Assembly (NCBI GenBank): GCA_903813345.2
Contig: CAIIXF020000001.1
Span: 44,950,001-45,014,000 of the forward strand
Direction: 5' to 3'
DNA: 64,000 bases
Source: Owenia fusiformis
Taxonomy: Eukaryota
Made by a program: the position numbers and the translations under genes. Below the pieces are notes generated by a model that had not been told where the DNA came from, searched no databases, and was given only the letters and a program-made list of their open reading frames with translations. This document shows, in pieces, positions 12,001-23,000 of this stretch (position 1 is its first letter; every line of letters starts with the position of its first letter).

Positions 12001-12702
12001 TGAATACCACATAGTGATGATAAAATATTCCAAATCAACTATGGCATAACAAAATGGGGTAATTCATGACCATAATGGTTTGTTTTGTTCAGCCTGTATT
12101 CAACTGCATTGCATGTTAAACAAGATAAAATAGCTTCCTAATATGTGACGTAAATGTCGGTCCCGGGGTACCTGTACCTCCTTCACGGAAATGAGGATAT
12201 ATCAACATGTATTACATATTTTGTCTTCAAATCTTCAGAGTTGATAGATAATTGAATGAACTATCACTGGTAAGAAAATCGAAGGGATTGGTCCGTAAAA
12301 AGCATCTGTGTAAAAAAGCGTCCATTACTTATTGATCACCCCTCGTATATGGGGTAATGAAAAGCTCAGCATAGATATTATGTGGCCATTTTAATATCGA
12401 ATGGTCCTCCAACATTAACAGTGATAAAATAATGCAACGAGTGATCAAATTAAAGATATACGGTTGATCCAATGTAACACTATATTTTTACATATGTTTT
12501 AGAATAACTTTGTTAATCTTATTTTCAAAATTAAGGCGTTATATAAATGTTTAGGGTCAGACTGTATAAAGACTGACTACCAGATATACCTCTGACAAGT
12601 CTGATATAATCCATATAGTTGACTAAATAATTAATTTATGCCAATCCCATTGTAGGTCGTCCAGTGAATTGTTTTAACTACCAGCCTGGTGTTGTAGGAT
12701 AA
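9066..12702 (+). CDS. Secreted bacterial-type amino-acid-binding protein (SBP_bac_3 / HisJ-ArgT-like), 8 exons, 272 aa
   Basis: Exons 9066-9155, 9331-9383, 9792-9841, 10093-10185, 10333-10500, 10795-10913, 11053-11251, 12656-12702; all GT-AG and phase-compatible (819 nt). Product: signal peptide, then ...PLNYVDENGNLKGFDLDIANRVCSVAGKKCTF...LVTGEADGCLSTTITAERELVFDFTRAYY...IQGKKITFLNGT...RVDALF...WNRAFQRVVESGDYRRIC. TATATAAG at 8941; AATAAA at ~12880. Confidence 0.88.
11259..12345 (+). mobile_element. Non-autonomous mariner-derived element with long TIRs
   Basis: TA|CGAGGGGTGATCAATAAGT ... ACTTATTGATCACCCCTCG|TA with ~200-bp inverted arms. The interior holds a decayed transposase piece (LLHMDNAPAH...LYCPHLLTCDLF, 11645-11800) resembling the mariner DNAxxH / YSPDLAPxD motifs. 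Confidence 0.9.
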
Positions 12703-13206
12703 ACATCTATTGTACCTTGAGTTTGTGTGTCGCTGAATATTATACAAAAAGAAATTGCCAGGACGTAGGCAAATCTATTCGGACTCTTTGTTTAGGGAGC
12801 AAGAAATAGCCTAAATGGATTCTTTCATTCTCTGAGGACAGTCTTAGCAGAATATATGGATATTTTACTGTAACACAATAATAAATTTATTTTGATATGT
12901 TTTTTTTATTTTTACTTTCAATAATCTCGAGTTCCACTTCATGAAGGTTAGCTTTTGTTTATAACTGCAGTATATTACCCGAACACAGATTATATTGGTA
13001 ATTAATATTTTTATAGGCCCCAAACGTACGCATTGAGTGTATACACCGTTAGAGTTGTGTTAGTTTATTAAAACAGTTTTATGAGTATCTCTAAATAGCC
13101 CGTACGGCAGCTAGTCGGGTTAGATAGTCACAAATGAATCCCGGAAATGAATTCAGATTAAAATTCCAGATTCCATGTATAAGCTACATGTACAATAGAA
13201 TATACT

Positions 13207-14345
13207 CTAATAATAATCATCGAATGGCATATTTCCATGTCTGTTATGTTGACTATTTACTCCATATGTTTCTCTCCTCAACATAGGTCCGTATTTTGAC
13301 CATACAGGAGCCCTGTAAGTCGATGTCATATTGTTGGAAAATGGATAAAGTTTAGGGTCCGTTTCTGCCCAATGAATGTTATATTGTCCTCTTGCACGTG
13401 TTGTTTCACTTTGTGGCTTTCCCTGTCTCCAGTAGTCCTGGAGTAAATCTGGTGTCGCCCACCAAGTCTTATAAGAAGGTTTTTGTAATGAAGTATCTTT
13501 CTTATGTGACCCTGGCTCACCCTCCCATCTCCAGTTAGAATGTGTTTGTGGTCCGTGTTTCAGGGTGTCTGTCTTCCACACGGGTCGCTCTGCGTGCCAT
13601 TTATCATACCAGGTCTGAAAATAAAAAGTTATTTTCTCAAAACCTTTGACTCAATAATTAACTATAGTTCATATTAATCATAGCAACATATCATATTTAG
13701 AAAGACTAAACGATTCCATTTATGGAAGTGGAGTAGAACTTAGGGAAACTCAAGGATCTCTACTAGACCGATGTCTATCATGATGTTTATGTAGTATACA
13801 GCATACATCTACAACCAGGATCTTAGTGGAGACTAGTGCTAAATGTATAGACTTACCTGATGTCCATAGCTCCCAGTGGGTGACGCGTACGTCCCGGGGA
13901 TAGAACCCATGGCAGGGGTGTATTTGTTTGCTGGTGTATTCCTGTAAGTAAACATTTTGAATAGTTAGCAGATATCATCAAACCTTACAGTCGTGGGTCG
14001 TTTCATTCTTATACAATATGAAGAACCAATAAGTGTTGTGGTCGCAAAAATTTCCACTAACTGTATTTGAAGTATATGAGAATCATGTAGGTATTACAAA
14101 GCAAATGTATTTTTATTTTTAATTAATTTTTACAGCATATGTAGTTGACGTTATATTTTCACAAATGGACACATTCAATTTCCAGATCTGATTTACATAA
14201 GCAACCATGCATCGATATGTCATAATTACACAATAATTTACCTTAATAAGTTGTGCTTGTTTACATATTCGGGTACTTTCGGTGGCATAGTCGCCCAATA
14301 AGGATCCTTTCCATTTCCAGTAGACAACCATGTTGCGGACGCCAT
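13207..14345 (-). CDS. Uncharacterised 198-aa W/Y/P-rich protein, 3 coding exons (paralogue A)
   Basis: Exons 14345-14242, 13941-13857, 13614-13207 (intron phases 2, 0), GT-AG, open frame MASATWLSTGNGKDPYWATMPPK...TWYDKWHAERPVWKTDTLKHG...FDDYY. Confidence 0.8.
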
Positions 14346-14515
14346 GTTTACGATACAATATGATGGTATGTATTCCAGTATTTACCTGCTGAGGTAAAAC
14401 CTTATTGAAAGACCCCTTGAATTGTAGTTTGTGTATTAGCAATAAATATCGATTCATTATATATGAGCGAACAATCTATCGTAGACTTTGTACTTAATAA
14501 GAGGTCCTCTCGGTG

Positions 14516-14528
14516 GTTGCTAGATAAC
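14516..14528. promoter_or_regulatory. RFX X-box-like motif in the bidirectional promoter
   Basis: GTTGCTAGATAAC, an imperfect palindrome matching the X-box pattern GTTGC-N-RYAAC, lies about midway between the two divergent ATGs (14345 and 14728). Confidence 0.6.
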
Positions 14529-14727
14529 AAGCTCATATGAATAGAGGCGCATGGCCTCGTTGTTAACAACATTAAGACCCCTTAAATGACAACTAACGCT
14601 TTCCAATATTCAATAATTATGGCAAACATTTATAATCCACAGACGGGGTCCGATTGATATATTATTATTTTAAGTTGATATTGAGGAAGAACCATAACAT
14701 ATTAGGACTTTTAATTACCTGTATTTG

Positions 14728-16413
14728 ATGATGTCTGGATCTTATGGAGCGACATACAGCGCTACGGGGGTGGGGTTTCAGACTCATATTCCGACATGGG
14801 CAGCTATACCGTACAATGTTAGTCAACGAGCACCACCACTCGCCAGTATGCCAGCGATGTGGTAAGTTTGTACTTACACTGTATACTTCTTCAATATTGA
14901 AAACCATCAGGAAAAATCATTTGTTCAGAAAAAGACTTTACAATTCACAACTGATCATCTGAAGTCCGTGGAAAAGAATTCACTTTGTATTCATAGTAAA
15001 GCCGTAGGTATTAAAGACGTCGGAATTGTAACTTAAGCTGACAGTAATGTTAATCATAATTGAGAGCCATCATGTTATTCTATATAGCTATTTTTCACAT
15101 TTCCAGGCAGCATAGATACGACACTTTCAATCCTACCCATAGCAGCCACGTAGATATGTACCAGGTGAGTATCAACCAAAATATAACGTTTAATATAGGT
15201 TTAGTTGAAGTAAAATTGTTATTATACCATAATTATTGGTTTGACAAAATTGTGAAAGGAATTATTTTTTATAAATCTATCTTCTACCACGTTCATGATG
15301 ACGTAGAATGACTGGGCATTTCATGACCTTTATTGTAACAATGATGACCGTGTATAAACAGAAGACTTGAACAATTAATACATTTTATCATACATTACAA
15401 TTTCCGTCATCTCATTGACTCTAAATAAAACCAGTCATACTTGATACCCACCCTCTTACCCGCTTCTGTCATGCTCGTTCGTTTCGTCTTTCCAAGATTG
15501 TAAAACTGAAAGCCCTGGTGAGAAATAAACGCAAGCTTAATTAAATACATTAGTCGAAGTGTTGTATTTTAGAACCAAGCATAGTATTCAATCAATCGGT
15601 ATTCAACACCGACAATCTTAAATGAATACTAATTTGGCATTTAACACATGATCTTTATCATTTCTTAATGACTTATAATGAGGAATGTATCGTTGTTTAT
15701 CCTATGTCAAGTAGAGTTTTAGGGAGATAAGTTGGTAAGATATATCCCGTATCCTGATTTTGAGGTTTCCATATCCTGAACCTCCATATCTCCCGCTCCA
15801 GGGCATATCTTCCCGCTTCGAATTTTTTTTTGAAAAATAAGAAAAATTAAAAAAAAAGAAAAAATGTGAAAAAATAGAAAAAATTGAAAAATGTGAAAAA
15901 ATAAAAAAAATTGAAAAAAATGAAAGAAAATTAGAAAACTCTACTTGGTATAGGATAAAGCAGTTATGTACGGTCGGTTTGGATATTGGGTTCATCCCTC
16001 GTGAGATATGCACATCTACCTTCGGTCCCTATGGTCCCTCAGGTAGATATGCATATCTCCCTCTGGATAAACCCCATATCCAAAACCTCCCAGTACATAA
16101 CCCTTATTTATTTCAGAGAGGATATGATAGATATGCACACACAGAACCTTACTGGTATTCGAGGAAAGTCGATACTGTGAGACAGGGATCAGAACAGGAA
16201 CGAAATTGGCACTGGCAACGACACGTACAACCTTCCAGGGCGCAATACAATACACGATGGGAGGCGCCAATACCCATGGAAAAGTTCTGGGACAGATCTG
16301 CAAATCCTGGACCAATGCACGAACTGAAGCAAAAGGGACAATATACCCCGGATAAATATGAAATTGACTATATGAAACATGAAAGGACTCAATTACCACC
16401 AATCGCTCCATGA
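14728..16413 (+). CDS. Uncharacterised 162-aa W/Y/P-rich protein, 3 coding exons (paralogue B)
   Basis: Exons 14728-14861, 15107-15164, 16117-16413 (intron phases 2, 0), GT-AG, open frame MMSGSYGATYSATGVGFQTHIPTWAAIP...RGYDRYAHTEPYWYSRKVDTVRQG...LPPIAP. AATAAA at ~16450. Confidence 0.8.
15720..16105 (-). repeat. Hairpin-forming dispersed repeat (related to 40505-41045)
   Basis: ~140-bp imperfect palindrome gttatgtac...ttggatattggg...ccccatatccaaa...gtacataac at ~15963-16101, plus an associated ctcccgc segment also seen inverted near 40860. Confidence 0.65.
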
Positions 16414-17212
16414 GCTATGATTGACTACACTTTTTATTTAATTCTCATTAATAAATTGCTATAAAATAAATAATTATAAAATAACATCTATTTTAGTTTA
16501 TATTCATATAATAAAAGCTGGACGGAGGATATATCATGAGGATATATCTCTTGTATTTGTCACTTTTGTCACGTTCAATAAATGACAGAGACATACATAC
16601 GTAGATTGGCATGTTAAGATTTTACAGTGATGCTGGTGATAGAATCAGCTAAATGTTCTCAAATATCGCATTGATCAATATCCTTCTCTAATCAACTTGA
16701 AAGGAAAAAATGGATTGATTTCAGATGCATTCAAACGTCCATAGAAAAAGGCCATCATGAGAAGTCACGGCCTTCTCTCATCATCATAGATTGGCATAGT
16801 CAGGATCTAAAAATTTGGCAAGGGAAATGTGAAATTTCGATTCAAACTAAAAGCATCATTAGATTTCATTTTCACGGGTATGGGTATGTAGCACTTGAAA
16901 GTATCAAGCGAAGGTAATGGCCGTCACCTTCGCATCAAAGGTGGCGGACAGAAAGTGTCGATTTCTATATTTTTAGTTTTTCATCGAATTAAACTATATA
17001 AAATACTATACTAAATGTATATATATAGTTGGCGTTATGCTTTGATATTTGAGCTAAATATGACTTACATTTCCAGTTACCTTCCCTTAAGCGGTTGAAG
17101 ATATCGTTGAACTGTTGCGCCCACGCATGATATATGAACAAATTATCATACTCCATATAGTTCCAATGTCATATAGAGTGTAGATAATTTTAATGAGAAT
17201 ATGTTTCTCTAA

Positions 17213-18020
17213 CCCTACTATCACACCAAACTAGTTCTCACTACGTTCTCGAAAACGGGCTTCAACTGTGTACGAACGGACTGGACCTACTAAGAACCGT
17301 TTGGGATCTATTTACAAACTTCATCGAACGTACTCGAACAGGTAGGTCCTCTAGAACTTAGACAATGCTCAAAATGTACTCGTGGTCGTCACGTTCTACA
17401 ATTAGAACGAGTGACAACGTACTAACGACGAGCTGGACGTACTACGAACGGAACCGTCGTACTTCAATCCTACTAGGGACGTTTTAACAACGAGTTGAAC
17501 TGTCTGAGGACGTCTTGAGAACGAGGTAGAATTAATTGCAAACGGGTTTAAACTGATTAAGAACGTATTTAACACTGCTTATGAACGAGTTAGCAAAAAT
17601 ATAGCTATCACACCAAACAAGTTGCAACTGCGTTCTTCAAAACTGGTTTGAAACTGTGTGCGAATGGAATGAACGTAGCTGCAACTTTCTAAGGTCTATT
17701 TACGAACTTTATGAACGTTCTCAGACGGGATTGTGATTTTAGAATTTTGAATCGATTCAAAGTTCGATGGCGACCATGCCGTTCTGTAATCAGGTCATGT
17801 TGACCTTCTAGACTAAGGGACGCGTTCTACGACGTTGTACACCGACGTGGTGCGACCTGAACGAACTGCGAACGAGATGGACGTATTGAAGACTGTTTAA
17901 GGACGAAGAAGCTAATTATTTCAGACATATTTCCCGACCACAGCCAGATTGAGCCCGTTTTACGACGTTTTCGTAGGACTGGCAGGAACGGGTAAGAACT
18001 AGTTTGGTGTGATAGGGGGG
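17213..18020 (+). mobile_element. PIF/Harbinger (Tourist-like) MITE, copy 1
   Basis: TAA|CCCTACTATCACACCAAACTAGTTCT ... AGAACTAGTTTGGTGTGATAGGGGGG|TAA; 3-bp TAA TSD. Confidence 0.85.
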
Positions 18021-18383
18021 TAAACCACACGATTTATGACGGGCTGAGAATAATAAATATTCAAGTATATTTATTGTAATTTGAATATATTTGAAAAATC
18101 GTCATTCATAAAAATTCGAGAACACATAGAAATCGAGGAAATCAATAATGAATTGGAAAATGTTCCATAAATGAAAAACGGGCGCCTGACGAGTCCCCGC
18201 CCGGACAATGTATGAAATTATGAAAGTTCAGAGACCGGAGACTAAACGATCGCAGTCATATGAAGAATTATCACGATTAAAATGTACAATCTAATTGGTA
18301 TTAGTTTTGGAGGAATATCGAGGTTCTTTTCTTTAATTCTCAATGGTTGCACTTTATTCTGCTCTTGTGGGATTTCCTGCTTA

Positions 18384-19188
18384 CCCCCCATCACACCAAA
18401 CTAGTTCTTACCCGTTCTTGCCAGTCCTACGAAAACGTCGTAAAACGGGCCCAATCTTGCTGTGGTCGGGAAATATGTCTAAAATAATTTACCACTTCAT
18501 TCATAAACAGTCTTCAATACGTCCATCTCATTCGCAGTAGTTCGTTCAGGTCGCACCACGTCGGTGTGCAACGTCGTATAACGCGTCCCTTAGTCTAGAA
18601 GGTCATCATAACCTGATTACAGAACGGTATGGTCGCCATCATGATTCAAAATTCTAAAATCACCTTCCCGTCTGAGGAAGTTCAATAAGTTCGTAAATAG
18701 ACCTTAGAAAGTTGCAGCTACGTTCATTCCGTTCGTACACAATTTAAAACCAGTTTTGAAGAACGCAGTAGCAACTTGTTTGGTGTGATAGCTATAGTTT
18801 TGCTAATTCGTTCATAAGCAGTCTTTAATACGTTTTAAGTCAGTTTAAACCCGTTTGCAATTAGTTCTACCTCGTTCTCAAAACGTCCTCAGACAGTTCA
18901 ACTCGTTATTATAATTGTAAAAACGTCCCTAGTAGGATTGAAGTACGACAGTTCCGTTCGTAGTACGTCCAGCTCGTCGTTTGTACGTTGTCACTCCTTC
19001 TAAATTCGGAACGTGACGACCACGAAGAGCATGTTCTAAGTTCTGAGGACCTACATACCCGTTTGAGTACGTTCGGTGAAGTTTGTAAATAGACCCCAAA
19101 CGGTTCTAAGTACGTCCAGTCCGTTCGTACACAGTTGAAGCCCGTTTTCGAGAACGTAGTGAGAACTAGTTTGGTGTCACTAGTAGGG
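18384..19188 (-). mobile_element. PIF/Harbinger (Tourist-like) MITE, copy 2, inverted relative to copy 1
   Basis: TTA|CCCCCCATCACACCAAACTAGTTCT ... GTGTCACTAGTAGGG|TTA. It is the reverse complement of 17213-18020 along its length. Confidence 0.85.
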
Positions 19189-19271
19189 TTATTTTATATT
19201 ATTCATATTCAGGTTGTTGTATAGATGTCACTAGGTTGTAAAAGTGATCTCCAACTATTTGGAATGTATAA

Positions 19272-19498
19272 CATTGGCGGATCCAGGGGAGGGGGGGGGG
19301 CAGCTTTTGTGGGCCCATAATAAATGTTGTAGGGCCTCAAAATGGGTCTCTTTGCCCGGGGACAACTTGGCCATTAGTAGGCCAATTTATCAAAACATGG
19401 GCCATAAATTTTTAAAATTCAAAAAGTTTTAGGGGCCCAAAATTTTTCCTGACTCAAAATTTGGCCCCTCCCCTTGATAGCTTCTGGATCTGCCAGTG
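19272..19498. mobile_element. Short TIR element (227 bp)
   Basis: CATTGGCGGATCC ... GGATCTGCCAGTG, flanked on both sides by TATAA. Confidence 0.75.
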
Positions 19499-19809
19499 TA
19501 TAAAGCTTACCTTATTTGTTCAAGCGTTGCTTTGGAGAATGTAGTGAATAGTAAAAGACCTTTCTGCGTAATCCGGCAGACTGAAAACAAAGCGACTTCC
19601 GGATCACGACGAAGATAAATGGAAGGCAACACATGCACTGACGTTTTAAATAAATAGTACTGCAATCTGTACATCGTTTTTCTCTTTGTATTGACAACAT
19701 GTGATGGGCGACCTCAGTCGAGGCGTACGTTATATTGTGTTCTAAAGAGACTGGCCGGCAATGGACTGGATGTCTGTCTAACAACGATCGCCCTTTTTAT
19801 AGTCAACTC

Positions 19810-20002
19810 TGACTGTGTTTTTCGTATTTTCCGTGTACAACTTTCTTTTGAGCAGGTGTCCAAGGCATCATGTTTTACAACTAACCATCTACAGGAGCTA
19901 TACATACACAGCCTCTTCTTTCTTTCCTGAAAAAATGAACATAATGAACTAGTATTTTCCAAGATATAGCGATATCTTTGGGTTGCGTTTTTTAACACCC
20001 TG
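19810..20002 (+). mobile_element. Right-arm fragment of the Tc1/mariner MITE found complete at 39261-40175
   Basis: ...tttgggttgcgttttttaacaccctg|TA, closely similar to 39983-40175. Confidence 0.8.
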
Positions 20003-20086
20003 TATAAGGCACATGCTTTAATTTGTTTCAGTATTTATTGACGAAGGCAGTGTGATCACCGTGGGAGAAATTCCAAGTAGGAAACA

Positions 20087-23000
20087 ATGTTGTTTCATTG
20101 GTTTCGTTCAGTACACAAGGACATTACTAATGATATTGTCTTGGTCACTGGTGGAGGTAGCGGACTTGGAAAGCAAATTTCTTTGATCATTGCCACACAC
20201 AACCCTAAACATGTACGTCTTTTAGAAATCGGCCATCATAACCTACCTCTTTCAATGGCTGACTACTGATCTGTTAGAATGCGACGATAAAAAATCTAAT
20301 TCCAAGGCAACATGCACGTTTTAAATTAATAACACTGCAAGTTAGCTAGCAGCCAGCCTTTGAAAGAGGTAAATCATAACTATTCGTGATCAGCAAGTAC
20401 TAAATGGATTCATATTATATTTATTGTTTTAACGCTTCATAGTCAACTCGTACCCAAGACAAATCGTAACCAAGTTTATTTTCAGTATGTAAGGCTTATT
20501 TTCTAAAAACAAAAACTTGGGTATGAGTTGTCTTGGGTACGACTTGACCAGTTACCGTTTTAACGATGGGAGTCAATTATGAAATCTAGATCGAAAATTA
20601 CATGTTATTCACATTGACAGGTGGTTGGATATACAATTTGTAATGTACACAAATAGTGACATATGCTAAAATATTCTCGTCCGTTTCCCACAGTTCAGAT
20701 AGTCACTTCGTCGTTCCATCGTAAATATTAATTTTCAGATAGTTCTATTAGGGAGAAACGAAGCAGCACTGACTTCAACAAGAGACGAGATAGTGGAGAG
20801 CGGTTGCACTTCATGTTCCTATGTCACATGCGACTTAGCTGACTCTAATGCCATAACTGAGAAGGTAATACTCTGTAGAGAATATTTAACACCAATGCAG
20901 GGAACTGGGGAAAATGGAGTCAAACGACCCTGTGGTTTTGTCACTGTACAAACTACAATGACGGCGTTAAATGTAATGGTTCGTTGTCTTCATTTGTAAT
21001 CACGCCCGGTGATCGTACAAAATGAACGGGGGGGGGGGGGGGAGGCAATTTATTTTTTCAAGAGAAAGTTTACAACTGAATTGCCAAATAAATAGGCGCA
21101 GTACGTACATGTTTTTTTTGTTAGGTCTTCTAGTTTTTTGAACTGATACGCTTCTAATATATGAGATCTATTAAAAAAGGCGCATCGTCACCAAAGTGCA
21201 AAAGTCAAGTCAAGTCAACTATAAATCAGGCAACAATGGTCTACACGACCTGTAATACATAGGTATAAGAGACGTTATAATCACAAGACTAATGATATCA
21301 TTGGCTTAGTTAGTTTCCATACGTTTTAAAAAAATAATTGAAAAAATTAAAATTGAATTGAGGGGAGGGGGGGGGGGGGGGTGAACGGAGGGGGGGGGGG
21401 GGGGGTAACGTGTATGTATGACATGATAAGACATGTTAATTGAATTTATTCATATAACTCCAAATTTTCCCATTTTTCATTCTCCAGAGATGTAATATCC
21501 AGTATCTTACTGAGGTTCTGAGTTTAGTTTTTTCAAATACCCGAGTTCTTGAGAACTTATTCCATCTTAAAGACATATTACTCCCCCCTCCGTTCACCTC
21601 CCCACCTCTGTTCAATATTATTTTTTCGATAATGTTTTGTATAAGCATGGGAACTAACTTTAAAAAGCGAGCAATATGTTATTGGTGTTGTGATAATAAC
21701 GTTCCTTATACCTATTTATTACAGGTCGTGTAGACTATTGTTGCCTGATTTATGGCAAAATCATTGACTCTTGCACGTTGGTGAGAATGCGCCTTTTTTT
21801 TATGTCCCCACCACATAGTGTGGGGCCATATTGTCGGCCTAGGCGCGTCCGTCTGTCTGTCCGTATGTCTGTCTGTCTGTCTGTCCGTCCGTACGTCCGG
21901 CAGTTTTCTCCAAAACCACTACAGATATCACCTTCAAATTTTCAGGGATAACTTATGAGTGCATACAGATGTGGATGAAAAAAAATTATCTCGATACCTA
22001 CTTCCTGTCGGCCATTTTGAAATCAAATGCTAAAATCCTTGTCTGCAAACTTTTAGAAAAACGGCTTCACAGTTGCTTTTAAAACTTTAACATCTTGTTC
22101 AGCTCACTTCATTCTAGATCTGATTAGGTTTTGGACCTGTTAGCTCAGTCATGTCAGCCATTTTGAATGTTTTAAGAAAAGTTAGCGCACGATTATACTT
22201 TGTATCATATTGAATGGTGTTTTTCAGTTTTCATACTTTAACTATTTAGTAGCTTTATAAATAGTTTCAGGTGTACTTTGTTGTAAAAGCCTATGTTATT
22301 GTTAACAGTAGTTATATGTGATAATTTTGTAAAAAGAAATCAGCAAAAACTCATAATCACTTTTTTATTGTCGGCCATTTTGGATTTTTCCGTCCTAAAA
22401 TCTTGTCTGTAAAGTCTTGTCTACGCGTTTTCAGGTGAACCGTTTGGTAGATCAATTTCAAATTTTCAGGGATGATTCTTAGTATGAAAATCTAGATCTG
22501 ATTAGTTTTTGGGCATTCTGGGTAAATGTCAAGGCAGCCATTTTGGATTTTCCGTCCTAGAATCTTGTCTGTAAAGTCTTGTCTACGCATTTTCAGGTGA
22601 ACCGTTTGGTAGATCAATTTCAAATTTTCAGGGATGATTCTCAGTATGAAAATCTAGATCTGATTAGTTTTTGGCCATTCTGGGTAAATGTCAAGGCAGC
22701 CATTTTGGATTTTCTGTCCAAGTCTTGTCTACGCATTTCCAGGTGAACCGTTTGGTAGATCAATTTCAAATTTTCAGGGATGATTCTTAGTATGAAAATC
22801 TAGAACAGATTAGTTTTTTGGCATTCTGGATAAATGTCAAGGCAGCCATTTTGGATTTTCTGTCATCAAATCTTGTCTGTAAAGTAACTGTGTGACGGAT
22901 CAATTTCAAATTTTCAGGGGTGTTTCTTAGTATGAAAATCTAGAACTGACTAATTTTTTTGCGTTCTTGGTAAATTTTAAGGTGCCCATTTTGGATTTTC

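Noticed and set aside
9066..12702. Bacterial contamination as the source of the binding-protein gene
   Set aside because: It has seven spliceosomal introns, an intronic mariner element, a poly(A) signal and animal flanking genes.
14744..14962. ORF MERHTALRG... as the first exon of paralogue B
   Set aside because: Wrong phase for exon 2; the frame from ATG 14728 splices correctly and matches paralogue A.
15979..16116. 5' part of the 144-aa ORF
   Set aside because: It lies in an intronic hairpin repeat upstream of the acceptor at 16116.
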